A DNA stretch of 63,587 nt, the filler included, from Cercozoa sp. M6MM (Eukaryota > Protista > Endomyxa: Ascetosporea): the NCBI GenBank assembly GCA_040357565.1. It is 5 parts of 5 records of this genome, joined end to end, with 100 filler letters (N's around TTAATTAATTAA, not from the genome) between each part and the next. Parts side by side here need not be neighbours in the genome. Positions count along the whole stretch, not along the records: positions 1 to 18,843 come from JBDODJ010000224.1; 4 more parts are not named here. One strand, given 5' to 3'. Shown here in pieces: positions 1 through 12,643 of this stretch. Within the stretch, counting starts at the first letter, position 1. Each line of letters begins with the position of its first letter. The notes under the pieces are model-generated. The model saw only the letters and a list, made by a program, of their open reading frames with translations. It searched no databases and had not been told where the DNA came from. The position numbers were made by a program, and so were the translations under genes.

Positions 1-1
1 A

Positions 2-66
<65 letters not shown>
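1..66. repeat. (GT)n microsatellite at window start; similar CA/GT, TA and GA tracts recur in introns and at contig ends
   Basis: Direct dinucleotide repeat. The CVCVCV ORFs are artefacts. Confidence 0.95.
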
Positions 67-68
<2 letters not shown>

Positions 69-175
69 GGTTTTATTGTGTACTTTTACCGCAGATCGAT
101 GCGAAAAGGAGGATGGATTCAATGAAACCAGCGTTTTTTCTGTGGTGTCCCATGGTATACGACCATGTGATTTGG

Positions 176-708
176 GATCACATCCGCTCAATGTGCCGTC
201 GCGTCACATTAATGTGAGCTGCCTCTACGATCAATATGAGCCGCTGTCACATCAAAATGGCTGCCAGGCATTATAAAATTGCTCTCCAGGTCACGTCAAT
301 ATGACGGATTTTCACATAAATGCGACGTGACTTCACTTTGAAACTGTACAAATGGCTGAAAGTGCAGTGATAAAATTTCTTTCAGTTCACATCAAATGTG
401 ACCTCAGCTCACGTTGGGGTGAGTTTAGTTGACCTCAGTTCACATCGAATGTGGCGCCAGCTCACGTTTGGGTGATCTCAGTTCACTTCAAATTTGACTT
501 CAGGCACATTAAAAGTTAGGCATCTTCACATTGAATTTGAGACTAAGTTTTTTAAATCACACTGAATGTGCTGCCGTCATACTGAATTGGCTTGTATTCA
601 CAGTGGATTTGAGTTGCTGTCACACACAGTTTGAGCTGTCACCACAGTGAATTCGAGTTGTCGTCACAGCGAAATTTGAGTTGTCGTCAGAGTTAATTTG
701 AGTTCGAG
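176..708. repeat. Degenerate tandem array, period about 21-22 bp, core TCACA-N5/6-(T/A)TGTGA or TTTGAG
   Basis: Units such as cacatcaaatgtgacctcagct, cacatcgaatgtggcgccagct, cacagtggatttgagttgctgt, cacagtgaattcgagttgtcgt. Confidence 0.75.
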
Positions 709-719
709 TATCGTATGGT

Positions 720-768
720 GACCGGTTGAAACCGGGCCGAAACCGGCTAAAACCGGATAGAACCGGGC
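720..768. repeat. Five 10-bp-period ACCGG repeats
   Basis: accggttgaa accgggccga aaccggctaa aaccggatag aaccggg. Confidence 0.85.
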
Positions 769-939
769 TGCTACCTGGAAGGGTAGTTTTTCAATCGCAG
801 TTTACTAACGTCCCCGTACCCGCTTAATCAGGTACTGTACCCCCCACGGGACAGTGGGTACTGACATGGTTCCTGCCTGGACTTGAAACTTGAGCGCCGA
901 TGCGTGCGTAAGAAGTGATCCTACGTGAGTTGTCAAAAC

Positions 940-2514
940 TCACCCAGAGCCACCGCGATTCAGCTGGACACGCAGCTGCACGACAAACTCGGGGAAGGCC
1001 TGGTCGTCGCTGTAGCTGACGAACACGCTGGGCGACAGGACTGAGTTTACCGTGCTATCGTGAAGTCTAAATGTTACGGAGTAAACTTATGTCACAGCCC
1101 AAGTTTCAGCAGTAAATATTCTGAACTCACTTTGCATCAAAATGTAAATTTAATGAGTTTTACTGGTTATCGTGAGGCCCTTCGTTGGTACGAGGTGGCG
1201 AAAGCATGAAGGATCTTCCAAGTGCGTACTCACCGACTAGCACACGAGATCTAAACAGACAACAGTGAAATTATTTCAAGCCGGCGTCGCTCTTCCGTTC
1301 TTGGGAAATAAAGTACAGGATGCACGAGCACTCTATTGATAGCCCCTGCTCGGCAGGTTCAGTACGGCTTTGTGCGCGCCGAACAGCGTAGCTCAGTCTG
1401 CACAGGATGCAGAGTTGAAACCCATGAATCAGCAGTAACTTTGCACAATAAATTGAAATGCGGTACGCAGTATCCGGATGCAGCGAGAAGTAAGAACCGG
1501 CTCCGTAGACTAAGCAGTGTATCAAGGTACAGTATACATATCCAGCAGAGAAAGATCTAGACAAACCAGTGTGCTGACGGAGTTGCCGCAAGAAGCCCTG
1601 CGAGGCGATCGAACGTGCGGACTCGTTGCAGGTACCGTGCCAGAGGTAACGCTCGTTTAACCTGTCTCCTCCCACTGCCGATACAGTAGGGATAGAAAAG
1701 AAAAAGCAAGAGGTGAATTAGAGATATCGCCAATACAGTACTGTACACTGACAAGGCTCCAAGCGTGGAAAGAAAAGAGAGTACTTACGTCGTCGCAGCA
1801 TGATGGAGCGACGCGCATCGTACAGAAGCCAACGCTCTTGCGATACAACACTGCACAGCGCACGGATAATCCCAACAGGTCTACAAGTCGCTAGAACTTG
1901 GTATAGGTGTATCTATGAGCAGGTATCTTAGTACGCGCGTATCGCTATAATCTCGAATTGCATTCCGGCCGCTAGCAGTGTTCAACCCAATTTGAATGTC
2001 TGGTGGGTGGGGGGGGGGGGGATTGTACCACGTGCCTTGAGCAACGATAGTATGTGCTTGTACTGCTTAGATGCGTGGTGCAACTTCCGCAAATGGCACA
2101 TTGACGAAGGACGACTCCGCGGGGATCTGCAATTCTCCCAGTCCAACAAAGTTAATAGAACAAAGAGTGCCCACTAAACCGGGGGTTTACGAGGCCTTAC
2201 AGAGTGTGAGAAGGCGCATTGTTCCACTTTCGACAGTTCCAATGATCTGAAACCACACTCACCCACATTCGATTACCGTTCCACAATTGCAGCCTGAAAC
2301 TCCGTAAAGATCGGGTACCGACTGGGTGCCAGTCAAACGTATCAGACCCAATGGTCTGCGTCAGGTACAGCGAGCTTGTCACAGGCGATGAAGGCTGTTC
2401 GATCGGCGGTGCCGGTGTGCTGCGGGTTTTACAAGGCTGCGCCGGTGCTGCCTGCTTTTTTCGCGCACGCTGAGACTGCTTTGAAACAGACAACATTGTC
2501 GGCTCAGCTCCCAA
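940..2514 (-). CDS. PARP-family (mono-)ADP-ribosyltransferase catalytic-domain protein, multi-exon; 5' end uncertain
   Basis: Spliced motifs SQERWLLYDARRSIM, NERYLWHGT..SIASQGF, YGAGSYFS, LFRSRVLVGEY, HDSTVN...PSVFVSYSDDQAFPEFVV. Confidence 0.85.
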
Positions 2515-3599
2515 CTCGGTTTGACTGGAATTGGATAGATATTGTCGGCGTAGGACAGTGCCTGTTGTCTTCTAAATTTAAACTAAATTTACCGGTTTCA
2601 GTATGCTCAGTTTTAGCGTGCCTACCTAATGTCATATACAATAGCTTTAATGAGTTTATTGGACTTCTCCTTTATCCGATGACACGTGTACCCGTAGCTT
2701 AGCTTCAGTTTGACAAGAGCCGGATTTAGAAACCAATTGACACTGTGACAGTAAATTTAAAGTGCCGTCGCAATCGCATTTCGAGCTGTGTCAAAACTCA
2801 TTCAAGTGGAGCGTTTATCGACATGTGGGTCCCAGGCTACGACACTATTGCGAGTTTGGTCCACTGGGTCGCCTCGTGGTTTCGACGAACTGAAGAAGGT
2901 ACAATTTAGACCTCTTCGGATCAATACAAAGCTGTTAACGTGCGATCTGTTTGTGCAGATGAAGAGGAGAGGGCTAAATCTTCGTTCCGAGAGAGCTCCA
3001 CGAGCAAGGGGTCATCAAAGGGTGCACTCTTGTATCTCCTGGTTTCATTCATCCTGGACAAACAATGAATCAGACCGAATCGACGAGCAGGAGCCAGAGA
3101 ACGTCGTCGACTCGGAAAACAACGTTGATCTATACGACGGCGACGAATTCGAAGTCGACGAGTTTGTTTTCACAGACGACGCACAATTTCATCCGTGGTA
3201 GCACCGAATCGAACGGAAACGACGTCGACACCCACCACGCCGTGAACTGAACGAAAATGACGTGCGGTGGCGGATGTATTCTCGCTGACGCTTCGGTTCC
3301 ATACTGTATTCCACTTTAGTTGAGTACCTACGCTCCGTCCCCGTGATTACAGAACCACACGCAACGATTCAGCTGAACATCGCAACACTGTGCGCATACG
3401 CTCGACGGAGAAATCGACCAGGCTTTTTACGTTAACTGAATGGTATTCTCCTAGTGCAGCCGAGTGTAGGGATCAGGACTTGGTAAATAAGGGTAATTAA
3501 CCTACAATCAATCATAGCGACCGACGCGAATTGAACTTGCGATTGCAAGGTAGAGTGCGGGCGCGGAGACGTGTGATAGGAGGCAGGAAAGAGAGGGTC

Positions 3600-4354
3600 T
3601 CACAGCGAGAAGGACTCAGTGAACTCCATGTAGGGCACCGAGCGGATCTCTGCGAGGACCAGTGACACAGCACAGTGACAGACAATGACAGGGAAGCACA
3701 TAGAAGCAGCAGGAGGATAGGGCACCGTCGGAGAAGAAACGCAGCACGACCGAGGCACGCTTGCCGCGCAGAGACTCCGGGATGCGCCACCTGCCCATGC
3801 ATGTATGGTAGATATTTGTAACATACCAGATATGGGGGATAGGCACTCGTAGAGGTCGTCGTAGTCGGTGAGACGCTCGCCATCGACGAGCCAGTGCACG
3901 GTGTACTTCTCGTTGTTGACCGGAGCCGCGCGGAACTCGGCCAGTGGCACCGGTTGCACCCAGCTGTATTTATATATGTACATATATAGGTAAAATCTTA
4001 CGATAAATAGAGAGGGTACACAACATCATTGTGCACGCGCACGTCGTCGATGAGCGACATGATATCGAGGAACTGCATCCACACGGCCTCCTGCACCGGC
4101 GGCTGCACAAGCAAACACACACACACACAGTGTTGCTGTTGTTGGACACAAGTAGACTGTGACTCTAGTCTCGGTGAGTATATGTGTGGATGTGGATGTG
4201 TAGGAGTGTAATGGGTACGCTGAGGTACTCGCTCGTCATGTTGCGCATCAAGCAGAACTCATTGTCCGGACGGTAGGTCTTCCTGCCCTGTACACCAATA
4301 TATATATATATATATCAGCATATCAGTAAATCCGTATATCAGTATACATCAGTA

Positions 4355-4385
<31 letters not shown>

Positions 4386-6556
4386 CTATATATATGATAG
4401 GTAGGAGGCCAGGCACCATGGCGTTCCAGGTCGGGTAGGCCGAGATATGCGGCGTGGGCCAGCTGCGCCACACGAAGGCGTCCTCTGCGCCGTACTCGTG
4501 CATCGTGATGGAGCAGATCTGCGCACGCCCGCCAAGGTACACGGTCAGTTCGCTTCGTCACTGCAAGGAGACTACCTGACGGATGGAGTAGTCGTCGCTG
4601 GTGGCACTGCGCAGACACTTTCCATTGGGGGGGTGAGGGGTAAGAAGGAAGGAATGGGGAAGGCCGTACCGACGGAGTGCGCGAAAGGTGAGAGTGTGAG
4701 CACCCGGCGACAGCGGTTCCTCCGAGATGTGCTCAGAGAAACTGCGGTCCAGGATGCCTGAAGTCTTCCAGTCAAGTCTACAGGGAGAGGGCGTCTCATT
4801 CACACACAGGCAGGAAGCAGGGTTGAAAGGAAGCAGGGTTGAAAGGAAGCAGGGTTGAAAGGAAGAAAGCAGGGGTTGGAAGGAAGGAACAGTGGAAGGG
4901 AGGGAAGGAAGGAAGCCAGCAAGCAAGGGTAGGATCGAGGTGTACTTCTTGCCATCCAGCAGCACTTCGATCGAGTCCTGCGTCTCGGCACCACTCACCT
5001 GCCGACACCAACCAGCGCACATAAATGCATACATTATGTACAGTATACATGTTATACATATACACATATACAGTGTGATATATACATATATAGTGTGTTT
5101 CTGTGTACCGAGTACTTGAGCATCCAGCGCGACAAGCCACGCGACTCGAACTTGACCTCGTAGTCCGGGTACACGACTTCCTTGTCTACACATCCATACA
5201 TACATATAAATAAATATACATACATATATATATATATATGTATAAGTAATAAATGGTGATAATACAGACTCACCAGCCAGCACGTACCACGCGTAGTCCT
5301 GCACGATCTGGCTATTCAGTTCCTGCGCACACAAGCATGCAGACATAGACATGCATGCAGACATAGAACACGCATGCACATATACACATGCATGCAAATA
5401 CGAATGTGCCAGGGAGACTGCACCTCGCGGATGTCGGCGCCGTCGTTGTCGGTGAAAGGAGCCCACTTCTCCTGCACACATGCACGCACATACACAGGCA
5501 TACACACAGACACATAGACACAGACACATAGACACGGACACATAGACACAGACACATAGACACATGAGTGCGGCACCTTGGCCTGTGCGACAGAGCGCGC
5601 CGAGTTGGCGCCGCGGTAGACCCAGCCGCCGTCTGTCGCACATACGTGTCACAGCGATAACCTTACGTTTGCCCTCTACCATAGGGTCTACACAGTGAGT
5701 ACCGTAGCCTTCGCCAACGTCGGCAAAGTTGTGTCCCATCTGCAGTATATATACATACACAAGTCTGTAGATTTCTACATATATATTTTTATGTTTATAT
5801 CCATATACATATAGAGATATAATGCATGTGTGTGTGTGCAAAGGAGTACCTCATGACGGAAGACCATGGTGCCGGTGGTGTGCGACTTGGTCGTGATGGT
5901 GAACTCACCGCCGAGGCCGCCGTAGAAGGCGTCGTTGCCGATGAGTGCCGGGAAGTCGCAGCCGCCCTCACTGCACACACACACACACACATGCCCATAT
6001 CTATACTTAAACATAATATATAATATATAAGATATATAATTAGACAGTGTCCGTACCCAACGGCAGAGCAAGCCTCCCGTGCGCACTTCGCACAGTCTAT
6101 CGAGCCACCAGGTATCTCAAAATGGCGCTATGTTCCTACGGGGAGGGGGTGTACCAGGGTAGATGCCGCGCAGCTCGGTGCCATCGCGGTACAGTCGGTA
6201 GGCCGTCTTGCTGTAGACAGATACACACAGACATAGACAAGCACACAGACATGGACAAGCACACAGACATGGACAAGCACACACACAGACTTGGGCACAT
6301 GGGCCTACACATGGACACAAAGCAAACGCACCGCGGCTTGCCCTGGTCGCCAATGCCGCTCTCGTCGGAGGGCACAAAGACACTCCAGATGTTGAACAGC
6401 GGCAGGAAACTGCACCCGACAAAAACTCTCAGTGATTGACGGATACACAAGAGGTGTGGGGGGGGGAGGGTTAAGTAGCATCAGCACCTGCCAAAGGTGA
6501 CGTGCTCGCCCTCCTGACCATTGAACATCTCCTCCGTCAGGCGACGCATGTCGTCG

Positions 6557-6592
<36 letters not shown>

Positions 6593-7292
6593 ATCGTATA
6601 TATGGTACACAGAGAGATTTGTACTGGTGCTGCTCGCGTTCGGCGCGCGTGTAGCCGTCGCCCATGAAGGGAACGTCGACTCTACGCGAGTATAGTGTGG
6701 AAACTGTACACCCTTAACTGTAAAGTGCGGGTACCGATTGGTGGACGGACCGTTCTGTACAAGCGGCACCACCTCGGCCGTGCTGAGAACGCTACCTTCC
6801 GCAAAGAGTTCCTCTTCCACCAACAGACCGGCCTGTACCAACTCCTTGCATGTCCCTCAGCACACAACCCGAACAGGCAAAAAAAGACAACTCCATACCG
6901 GGCAGGCCTTCTCGAGCGCCAGCAGAGCGTCGTCCGGACGCATAGCACGCGCCGTGATCAGCGTGTCGTACTCCTGGGTGTGCTCGCCCGTGCCTTCCTC
7001 GTGGAAGCGCTCCTTGCGCTCGACCTGCGCTCCCGAGCGGAGGCCTGCGCAAAAGAACCCAGTCAATCAAAACCTAAAGAAACGCCAAGTTGATTGGAAA
7101 CAAAAGATTACTTGCACGAAAGCCAGCTCGCGCTGTGCTGTGCACCACTCGACAGGGCAGCACTTCCAGCGCATCGGTCACCGCTGCGATCTCGTAGGCG
7201 CTGTTCGGGCGCTCGAGAACCGAAACGCCTTGTTGGCGATCAGCGATGTCCGCACTCACGCTGCAAGCAGCCAAGGCGAGCAGCAGCTTCAT
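3600..7292 (-). CDS. Secreted peptidase M64 (IgA-peptidase-like) zinc metallopeptidase, multi-exon
   Basis: Signal peptide MKLLLALAACSVSA; FNIWSVFVPSDESG; YGGLGGEFTIT; spliced RHE|MGHNFADVGEGY|DGG (HExGH); C-terminal YRPDNEFCLMRNM. Confidence 0.8.
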
Positions 7293-7931
7293 CTTCAACT
7301 GCACTAACAACGCTGCTGCAACGAAGGAATACAGTACAATCGCACTGTATCTTGTTTTTTGGGACTGGGATTGGATTCGCCCTGTACTTGTCCATTTTGG
7401 ACAAGTTTTCGACTCAGTACTGTAGCCATAACATTCCCCTATTCTCACTGTACTGGCCCATCAGTCAACGAGAAGCGGCGTACGTGTGGCCTACAAGCCA
7501 ATCGTGATAAACGATGTTCCAACAAGTGAGTTGTACTGAGATTTGTGGGCATTTCCTGATTTTGGGGGGCTCTGGCCCAGATGCGGTACGACCGTACCCG
7601 GCGGTGTGTTACCGCACTGTAAAGTGTATCGCCAGGTGCTGTAGTCCTTTAAGGCCCGTGTGTTGCCATTCTGGGCGTTGGCCAGGGCGGCGTAGCCATT
7701 TTGCGGTTTTTGGTGAATTTTGCGCGCTGTGGCGCTTGGCACGTTCTGTACGCAGCGTTGTGCTGCCATATGAAGAATTTTCGATGCATTAATTGGCCTT
7801 TGGCCGTCTAAGACAGTTTGTGGTGCTATTTTGTGGTGCTATTTTGTGGTATTTGCCGCGCGTTTTTGGATGTGCTCTGTCGTTCGTCTGGGTGGCTCCT
7901 GCATCGTGTTTTCTTTGTGCGACAGGAAGAA

Positions 7932-9084
7932 ATGCCGGCGCAGGCGTACGCGGCGGCAGGTGGTCCGTTGGTTCCTTGTACTTGTGAGTAGTCTTGGCTA
8001 CGGCCGTGCTGTGTATGTGCACAGGTGTCGACCCGTCAGCGGGCGGCCAGGTTGTCCAGCAGCAGGTGCGTTTGTCGACCTGAGCGTTGTGGTTCAGACA
8101 CGTAGATGTGCTGATTGGTTTTGCGCAGTCACCCACGAGTGACGCAGGCTCGCCGACGCAGCAGCAGGCGGTGCAGTTGCAGCAGGCGGCAGCTGCGCAG
8201 ATGTATGCCGGTCAGCAGGTGTACTCACCCGAGCAGGTACATGACCTTGCCGACCTCGTGTGCTGTCAGCACAGTGTTGCGTTGTTCCAACAGATGCAGC
8301 AGTACTACCAGCAGCAGCAGCAGTACGCGCAGCCGCAGCAGGTAACACTGTCGACATACCCGTGTGTAATTTTCTGCTGCGCCGCCCCCCCCCCCCCTGT
8401 AGCAGATGGCCTACACGCAGCAGAACATGATGGTGCAGCAGGTAGAGACACACCGTGTGTATGAGATAGATTTGTGTACATCTGCGTGTCTGTGTGTGTA
8501 CAGCCGGTCCAACAGCAGGCGCAGGCACAGCAGCAGGCACAGGCGCATGCGCATGCACAGGTGCAGCAGCAGGCGCAGGTGCAGCAGCAGGGAGCGGCCG
8601 TGCAGCAGCCGGCACTCGGCGAGGTGCACGACGTGCCGGGCCAGCCGGGCATGAAGCGCGTCTTTGTGGGCAACAAGCGCGTGCGCTACTGGCAGGAGCC
8701 GCAGCAGGTGCGCCGCAAGCGACAGAAGCGCGTCGACGCCAACGGACACGAGCTCTACTGCCTGTGCGGCTCGATCGACGACGGACGCGAGATGATCGGC
8801 TGCGACGGCTGCGGCGACTGGTTCCACCCGGAGTGCATCACGCTCGAGCCGGCCTACATGAAGATGATCCGCGAGTTCTTCTGCCCCGAGTGCGAGAAGG
8901 CGCTCGGTGTCAAGACTGTCTGGGACGAGCAGGCACTCGCGCAGATCAATGTATTCCGTCTGCCTATCTCACATTCACCTATCTATGTATACATATCTAT
9001 ATATATATATATATATATATTATACCTATATATTATACCTATATATTCCATATAACTGGACTTGGATAAACGTCTTGGGTTCAG

Positions 9085-9120
<36 letters not shown>

Positions 9121-10160
9121 GCATGTATATGTGTGCGTTTATACAGGCACAGCAGACACAGATGCAGCAGGCGCAGCAACCACAGCAGCAGGCGCAGGCG
9201 CAGGCACAACAGCAGCAGCAGGCGCAGGCGCAGGCACAACCCGAGGTGGCCGAGATGACGCCCGAGCAGAAGCTGCAGCAGATTGACGACGCCTACGCCT
9301 CGAGCATCCAGCAGCAGTAGCTCCTGCTTCTGTCCATGCCTATGTCCATGCCCATGCCTATGTCTATGCCTATTCCTATGCCCATTCCTATGCCCATGCC
9401 AATATGTTAATGTGTCTGACAGGGAGGCGAACTACCTGCCGCACCTGCAGGCCAGTGCCGGCGACGAGCAGACCAACGACATCCGGCAACGCCTGGCGAC
9501 CTACGTGTCGCAGCTGCGCGACTGGTACGTCGAGCAGAAGAAGACCATCCTGCTGGACATGGGCCGCCGCGAGGAGGAACTCACACCCGAGATGCTGGCG
9601 CCGCCGGCCTCGCAGATCGCCGCCTTCCTCGGCCTGCAGCCCAGTGTGCCGGCCGAGCAGTCCGTCGAGACAGCGCATGCCGTGCAACATGAGGTAGTTC
9701 TCTCGCTGTAGTTCTCTCGGTGTGTGTCCTCAGTGTGCATCCTCTGTATCTACCGCACCTCCTTCCTCCAGATGGAGGAGGGTCAGCTGCAAGCGCAGAT
9801 GGAGGGTCAGATGCCAGCACAGATGGAGGGTCAGATGGAGGGTCAGTCACACGAGCAGTCGTCGCACGAAGTGTCACCAGAGCAGCAGCCTGCCACCGAG
9901 GCGACTCCTGCAGCCGCTGCTTCCCAGTCCTCTCACGCCGCCGACTCTGTCTCCGACTCTGTCGCCGAGTCGTCCTCGCAGGTACCTCCTGCTTTCACTC
10001 ACACAAATACGCAAATCAACCTACCTACCCACCTTCCTACCTACCCACCCACCTACCTACCTACCCACCCTTCCAGCAGGAAGCCCACATGTCGCCCGAG
10101 ACGTCGCCGGTTGCGACGCCCGTCGAGCAGCCGTCGACTACCGGGCAAGAACAGCTCTAG
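7932..10160 (+). CDS. PHD-finger protein with Gln/Ala-rich low-complexity regions, multi-exon
   Basis: YCLCGSIDDGREMIGCDGCGDWFHPEC...FFCPEC (C4HC3, aromatic-cage H3K4me3-reader type); GT-AG introns. Confidence 0.88.
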
Positions 10161-10858
10161 GTCAACTGACACGCACTGGCTTTCAGCCCCTTCCGCAACT
10201 ATACGTCAAAAACAAAAACAAAGACAAATACCAATCGGGGCGGAACGTGACTTGTCTGCTTCTCCGACGGGTGTCGTGCCTGATCATACGCTCCGCTCGC
10301 CTTACACCGACTGCTGTCCGGTTTAGCTTCGAGTTCGTTACGTAGCCCCGTGTTTTCGCGCAACCCTCCTGCCTTGCGCAAGTCCGGAGGGCACGCGAAG
10401 TTGCTCGACTTTAGAGTAGAGTTGGTTGGCTTGCGCTTGTGACCCCGACCCGGTAGAGGTGAGGGAACGACATGGTAGTAGTTCTTTTGGTTTCTTGAGA
10501 CCGAACTAACTGCGCTGACCACGTACCCCTACAGCAGCGCTGACGTGAACAGTACCGTACTCTAACAGCCGAAGTACTGCAAAAAGTATGAGACGCTGAC
10601 GATGATAAATTTACTGATGCCGATAAATTTACTGTAATGTGATGTCGAGACCAGGAATCGAACATCGAAGGAGAGTCTAACGCAAATGTGGGCAATGTAA
10701 TTCTAGTGCTCGGGGAGCATCACATTTGCGAAGCGTTCGATCGAACAGTCAAGAAGCCTCCGATCCGCCACTCGCTCGTCTGTCCAGCAGTCAACATATC
10801 GACCAGGCAGGCGGTGTAGGGTCTTGATAAATAGGAACTGAGAGGGAGCACCGTCCGT

Positions 10859-12152
10859 CTAACGCAGAAGTGCCAAGGTGGAGACAGTGAGCATTCCCAT
10901 GGCGCTCAGACTGGCTCTGTAAACTTACATGTTTCAATGTTCTCATACTATGTAAGTATGCATCATGGGATATTCACTGACATACGCGGTAGCACTGCTT
11001 TGCTGCGCAGTCTCGGCCGCCTCGGCATCGCGCTTGGTGCCCTCTTGTGCGACAGGAGCATCGTCGTAGGGCGAGGTAGGTTTCGGCTTGACGTGACACA
11101 GCTGCTTGGGACACGCGAAGGCAACGTCCTTGCAGCCGCCGCAAAGAGCGTCATCGACGTGCTTCTGCGTCATCAGATTGAAGCATTGCACGTCGGCTGT
11201 CGTGGCACAGGTCAAATCCTTGGGCAGCGTGTTCTCGGCGAGCGTCAGCTGTCCTTCCTGCGCCGAGAAGTCGCCACAGTCCTGCATGCTGGCCCGAGTC
11301 TTGGCGTGACACACGAAAGGTGCGCCGTTGTAGCTGCCCTGGCTCGGGTGACCGTCTGCCTTGCACAAGGTCGGAGGGCACGCGAAGGCAGTGTCCTTGC
11401 ACTGGTGGTTGCAGTGCTCGGGACTGACCGCTGCCTGCTGCTCGAGGTCCCAGCAGACGGCACCGGCAGTCGTCGCACACTTCAAAGATGCCGGCGTGGT
11501 GCCTTCACTCAGCGTGAGGTGCGAGGCCGCGGTACTATAGTCGCGGCACAGAGCGTAGTCAGTCGCCTTGTTGGTGTGGCACACGAAGCGGTATGAGGCG
11601 TGACCGTCACCGTCGGTGGGAGGCATGTACGGGTCCTGCGTCGCAGGAGGCTGGTAGGGGTCCTCGGGCTGCGGTTCGTGCTGCTCAACACATAACCGCT
11701 TGGTCAGCGCAATACAACACTGCACTGAGTCACACAGACAAGAGGTACACACCACATGAGGCGGCAGGTAGCACTCGGAGGGGTCGCAAGCGTAGGCTAC
11801 ATCGCGACAGCCCCCACAATGCTTCTCGTCCACTCGTTGTTTGATGCCGTATTTTTTGCTCAATCGGAAGCATCCGTACTCTGACGACTTGGCGCACTTC
11901 AGCTGGTCGACATGTTTGACAGAGTCGTCAAGGAACAAGTACTGAGGGGCAGAACACCACGACAACAGATTGGAAGCAGGGAACAGCAATGCCTCTCTGC
12001 GAGAGACTTTTTGTGTGGTGTACCTCGGACGACAAGTCGCAGCATTTCGATTCCTCGACGGGACGCACAAGCAGACACTTGAAGGAAGATTTCTCTGGGC
12101 CGTAAGCCGCCGCGCAGCTCGCTCCCAGAATTGCAGCCAACACGAAACGCAT
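10859..12152 (-). CDS. Secreted, probably GPI-anchored surface protein with three tandem 8-Cys repeats (4 exons)
   Basis: Signal MRFVLAAILGASCAAA; three ~75-aa repeats ending C..CKD.A(F/Y)AC....C; last exon ASLSAMGMLTVSTLALLR-stop after SSATA. Confidence 0.75.
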
Positions 12153-12643
12153 TTCGGTTTCCGAGGGTTTTCGTTTTTCCTAAAACGCAGGTAGTCAGAC
12201 GCAGCCTTTGTCGTTGTCAACAAAGAACAGCGTGTGTCGTGGAAGAATATGCGTACAATACAAACACCAAGGTGGTACTAGGCAGAATCCTTCCCTGAGT
12301 ACGAAACTCCGGTCCAGTTTTTTCACGTTTTTTCAATTCTGTGGCGTTTTCTCCCTGCTTTCGCAAGTTTAAACACTCCAGTAATATGAGTGCTAGACAC
12401 GACGAATGTTGTTTCATTCATGGCATCACGTATCTGTATCAATACCCGGGCAGTATGTTCCGTGTCAGTTAATTTACCTTAGGTTGTCAGTTGAGTTTTT
12501 GGCAACTGAACTGGAGTAATCACTCACTTTCATTTCATTTTACAGCGGCTGTACGGTAGACAGCTTGTTTAGATCGTAAAAATCAACTGACGACACCTTG
12601 GCCGACGAGCGGAGTTCCAGTGAGTAAATTTATCGCTGTAAAT

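Noticed and set aside
176-708. Possible CRISPR array
   Set aside because: Units are degenerate and contiguous, with no unique spacers and no cas genes; eukaryotic context
2788-3250. Acidic ORF that might be a transposase N-terminus or small gene
   Set aside because: No catalytic motifs or termini found
9310-9330. Possible TAG readthrough or recoding in a Gln run (cagcagtag)
   Set aside because: Explained by a phase-2 GT-AG intron (ca|gtag...ag|g); no evidence for a non-standard code
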